Source: Octopus bimaculoides (lineage: Eukaryota). Taken from it: a DNA stretch of 51,747 nt. A program made the position numbers and the translations under genes. The stretch is from the NCBI RefSeq assembly GCF_001194135.2, contig NC_068985.1, positions 8,682,881-8,734,627 on the forward strand. Reading direction: 5' to 3'. The notes beneath the pieces were generated by a model. That model was given only the letters and a program-made list of their open reading frames with translations. It was not told the DNA's origin and made no database searches. How positions within the stretch are numbered: the first letter of the stretch is position 1; every line of letters begins with the position of its first letter. This document shows, in pieces, positions 50,021 to 51,747 of the stretch.

Positions 50021-50940
50021 AGGCACAGATGTGGATGTGTGGTAAGGACCTTGTTTCCTAACACATCGTTTTGAGTTCAGTCACACTGCGTGGTTTCTCC
50101 TATTATAGCCTCGGATCCACCAAAGCATTGTGAGTGGATTTGCTAGACCCCAGGAATTATATTTTTAAAGCCATGTACTTATGCTATCTGTCACTTTTGC
50201 CGAAACAAATCACCACCAGAATTCAGACAGTGGAGGGGACAAACACAGACTCACAATCACACACACAAACAGATATACATATACATATATATATATATAT
50301 ATATATANNNNNNNNNNNNNNNNNNNNNNNNNNNNNNNNNNNNNNNNNNNNNNNNNNNNNNNNNNNNNNNNNNNNNNNNNNNNNNNNNNNNNNNNNNNNN
50401 NNNNNNNNNNNNNNNNNNNNNNNNNNNNNNNNNNNNNNNNNNNNNNNNNNNNNNNNNNNNNNNNNNNNNNNNNNNNNNNNNNNNNNNNNNNNNNNNNNNN
50501 NNNNNNNNNNNNNNNNNNNNNNNNNNNNNNNNNNNNNNNNNNNNNNNNNNNNNNNNNNNNNNNNNNNNNNNNNNNNNNNNNNNNNNNNNNNNNNNNNNNN
50601 NNNNNNNNNNNNNNNNNNNNNNNNNNNNNNNNNNNNNNNNNNNNNNNNNNNNNNNNNNNNNNNNNNNNNNNNNNNNNNNNNNNNNNNNNNNNNNNNNNNN
50701 NNNNNNNNNNNNNNNNNNNNNNNNNNNNNNNNNNNNNNNNNNNNNNNNNNNNNNNNNNNNNNNNNNNNNNNNNNNNNNNNNNNNNNNNNNNNNNNNNNNN
50801 NNNNNNNNNNNNNNNNNNNNNNNNNNNNNNNNNNNNNNNNNNNACCAATTGACAACCGGTGTCGGTTTGTTGACCTTTCCATAACTTAGCGGCTTATCAA
50901 AAAATCGATAGAATAAGCGTCAAGCTTCCAAAAAAAAAAT
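50021..50940 (+). mobile_element. SINE group C pieces (head, inverted body piece, gap, 3' body)
   Basis: Head and AAAGCATTGTGAGTGGATTTG on the plus strand; 50196-50275 in reverse orientation; TTGACAACCGG..CGATAGAATAAG after the gap. May represent more than one copy. Confidence 0.6.
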
Positions 50941-51498
50941 AGAAGCTACACGAAGAAGATAGCCTCTATGCAGCATATAAGCTATTGGGAAAGACTCAAG
51001 AAATTAAGACTCTATTCCTTAGAGCGTAGGCGAGAAAGATATGCCATAATATACATCTGGAAGATCCTCGAAGGATTTGTCCCAAACTTTGGCATCGAAA
51101 GTTACACAAATAAAAGAACTGGACGCCACTGCATAGTGGCAAGGACTCCAAATTCGCCATCAAGATATAGGACAAGATACTGCAATAGCCTGGGCTTCAG
51201 AGGACCACAGCCCTTCAATATCCTCCCGAAGGACCTGAGACACCTGCATGGGGTGGATGTAGGTATCTTCAAAGTAAAGCTGGACCACTTCCTGTCAAGT
51301 GTCCCAGATGAACCAACTTCGCGGCAGGAGGTTCAGATGAGGGCAGCTGCATCAAACTCTCTCATGCACCAAATGTCAATTCCTGAAGTAAAATTCGTGA
51401 AGTAAAATTATGTAGCAACACCAAATGGCAGTGCCTCAGCATGGCCACAGCTCATGAGCTGAAACTACATAAAATGATAAAATGATAAAAAAAAAAAA
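50941..51498 (+). mobile_element. CR1-like LINE, 5'-truncated, with open 145-aa C-terminus and A-rich tail
   Basis: ORF 50968-51405 SYWERLKKLRLYSLERRRER..IYIWKIL resembles the CR1 motif SYEERL..L.L.SLE.RR.RGDLI..YKI; followed by a 3' UTR, an (AAAATGAT) repeat and poly-A. Confidence 0.92.
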
Positions 51499-51500
51499 GG

Positions 51501-51595
51501 AAATGAAGTCCTGGGATCGATTCATTCGACGAAAAGTTCTTCAAGGCATGGACGCAGTTTAATGACTGAAACAACTAAATGATAAAAGATAAAAA
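51501..51595 (+). mobile_element. SINE group C 3' remainder
   Basis: AAGTCCTGGGATCGATT..GCATGGACGCAGTTTAATGACTGAAAC continues the SINE broken at 50940. Confidence 0.75.
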
Positions 51596-51747
51596 TATAG
51601 AGGCAATCCAAAAATCCGACCACCCTTTCCGAAGAATTTCAAAGTTCTGTCTACGCCATTTCCGCGAAAATATTTATGGTCTGAAACCAGACACTGTTAC
51701 CAGCTGAGGAAAGCAACAAGTGTATATATTTAGCGGCATTTATATAT

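Noticed and set aside
50968-51405. Host protein-coding gene
   Set aside because: It is the C-terminus of a multi-copy LINE ORF, followed by the element's tail and poly-A.

Overview
AT-rich, repeat-dense eukaryotic genomic DNA from a draft assembly with nine N gaps (1759-2111, 2737-3336, 7575-7816, 22553-23203, 27847-28011, 39886-40090, 47447-47753, 49430-49672, 50308-50843; about 3.3 kb in total), most flanked by microsatellites. I found no host protein-coding gene, true tRNA or rRNA, or CRISPR array; most supplied ORFs are microsatellite or gap read-throughs. What can be recognised is transposable-element debris. DNA transposons: a near-full-length dead mariner (4483-5741), a piggyBac remnant (about 13.45-14.4 kb), a mariner-type MITE, and a family of long fold-back elements. 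Retroelements: six fragments of one CR1-like LINE, plus fragments of a Penelope-like GIY-YIG endonuclease, an R4/Dong-like RT and an L1/Tx1-like RT. About 25 tRNA-headed SINE copies fall into four modular groups, labelled A-D here for convenience. The SINE set and microsatellite load resemble octopus genomes (inference from recalled repeat families, not verified). Most worth following up: a structured GC-rich island with two hammerhead-core-like motifs (about 21.04-21.19 kb, minus strand), the fold-back family, and a 3' tail shared by SINE group C and the CR1-like LINE. All coordinates were read by eye and are approximate to within a few bases unless termini are quoted.
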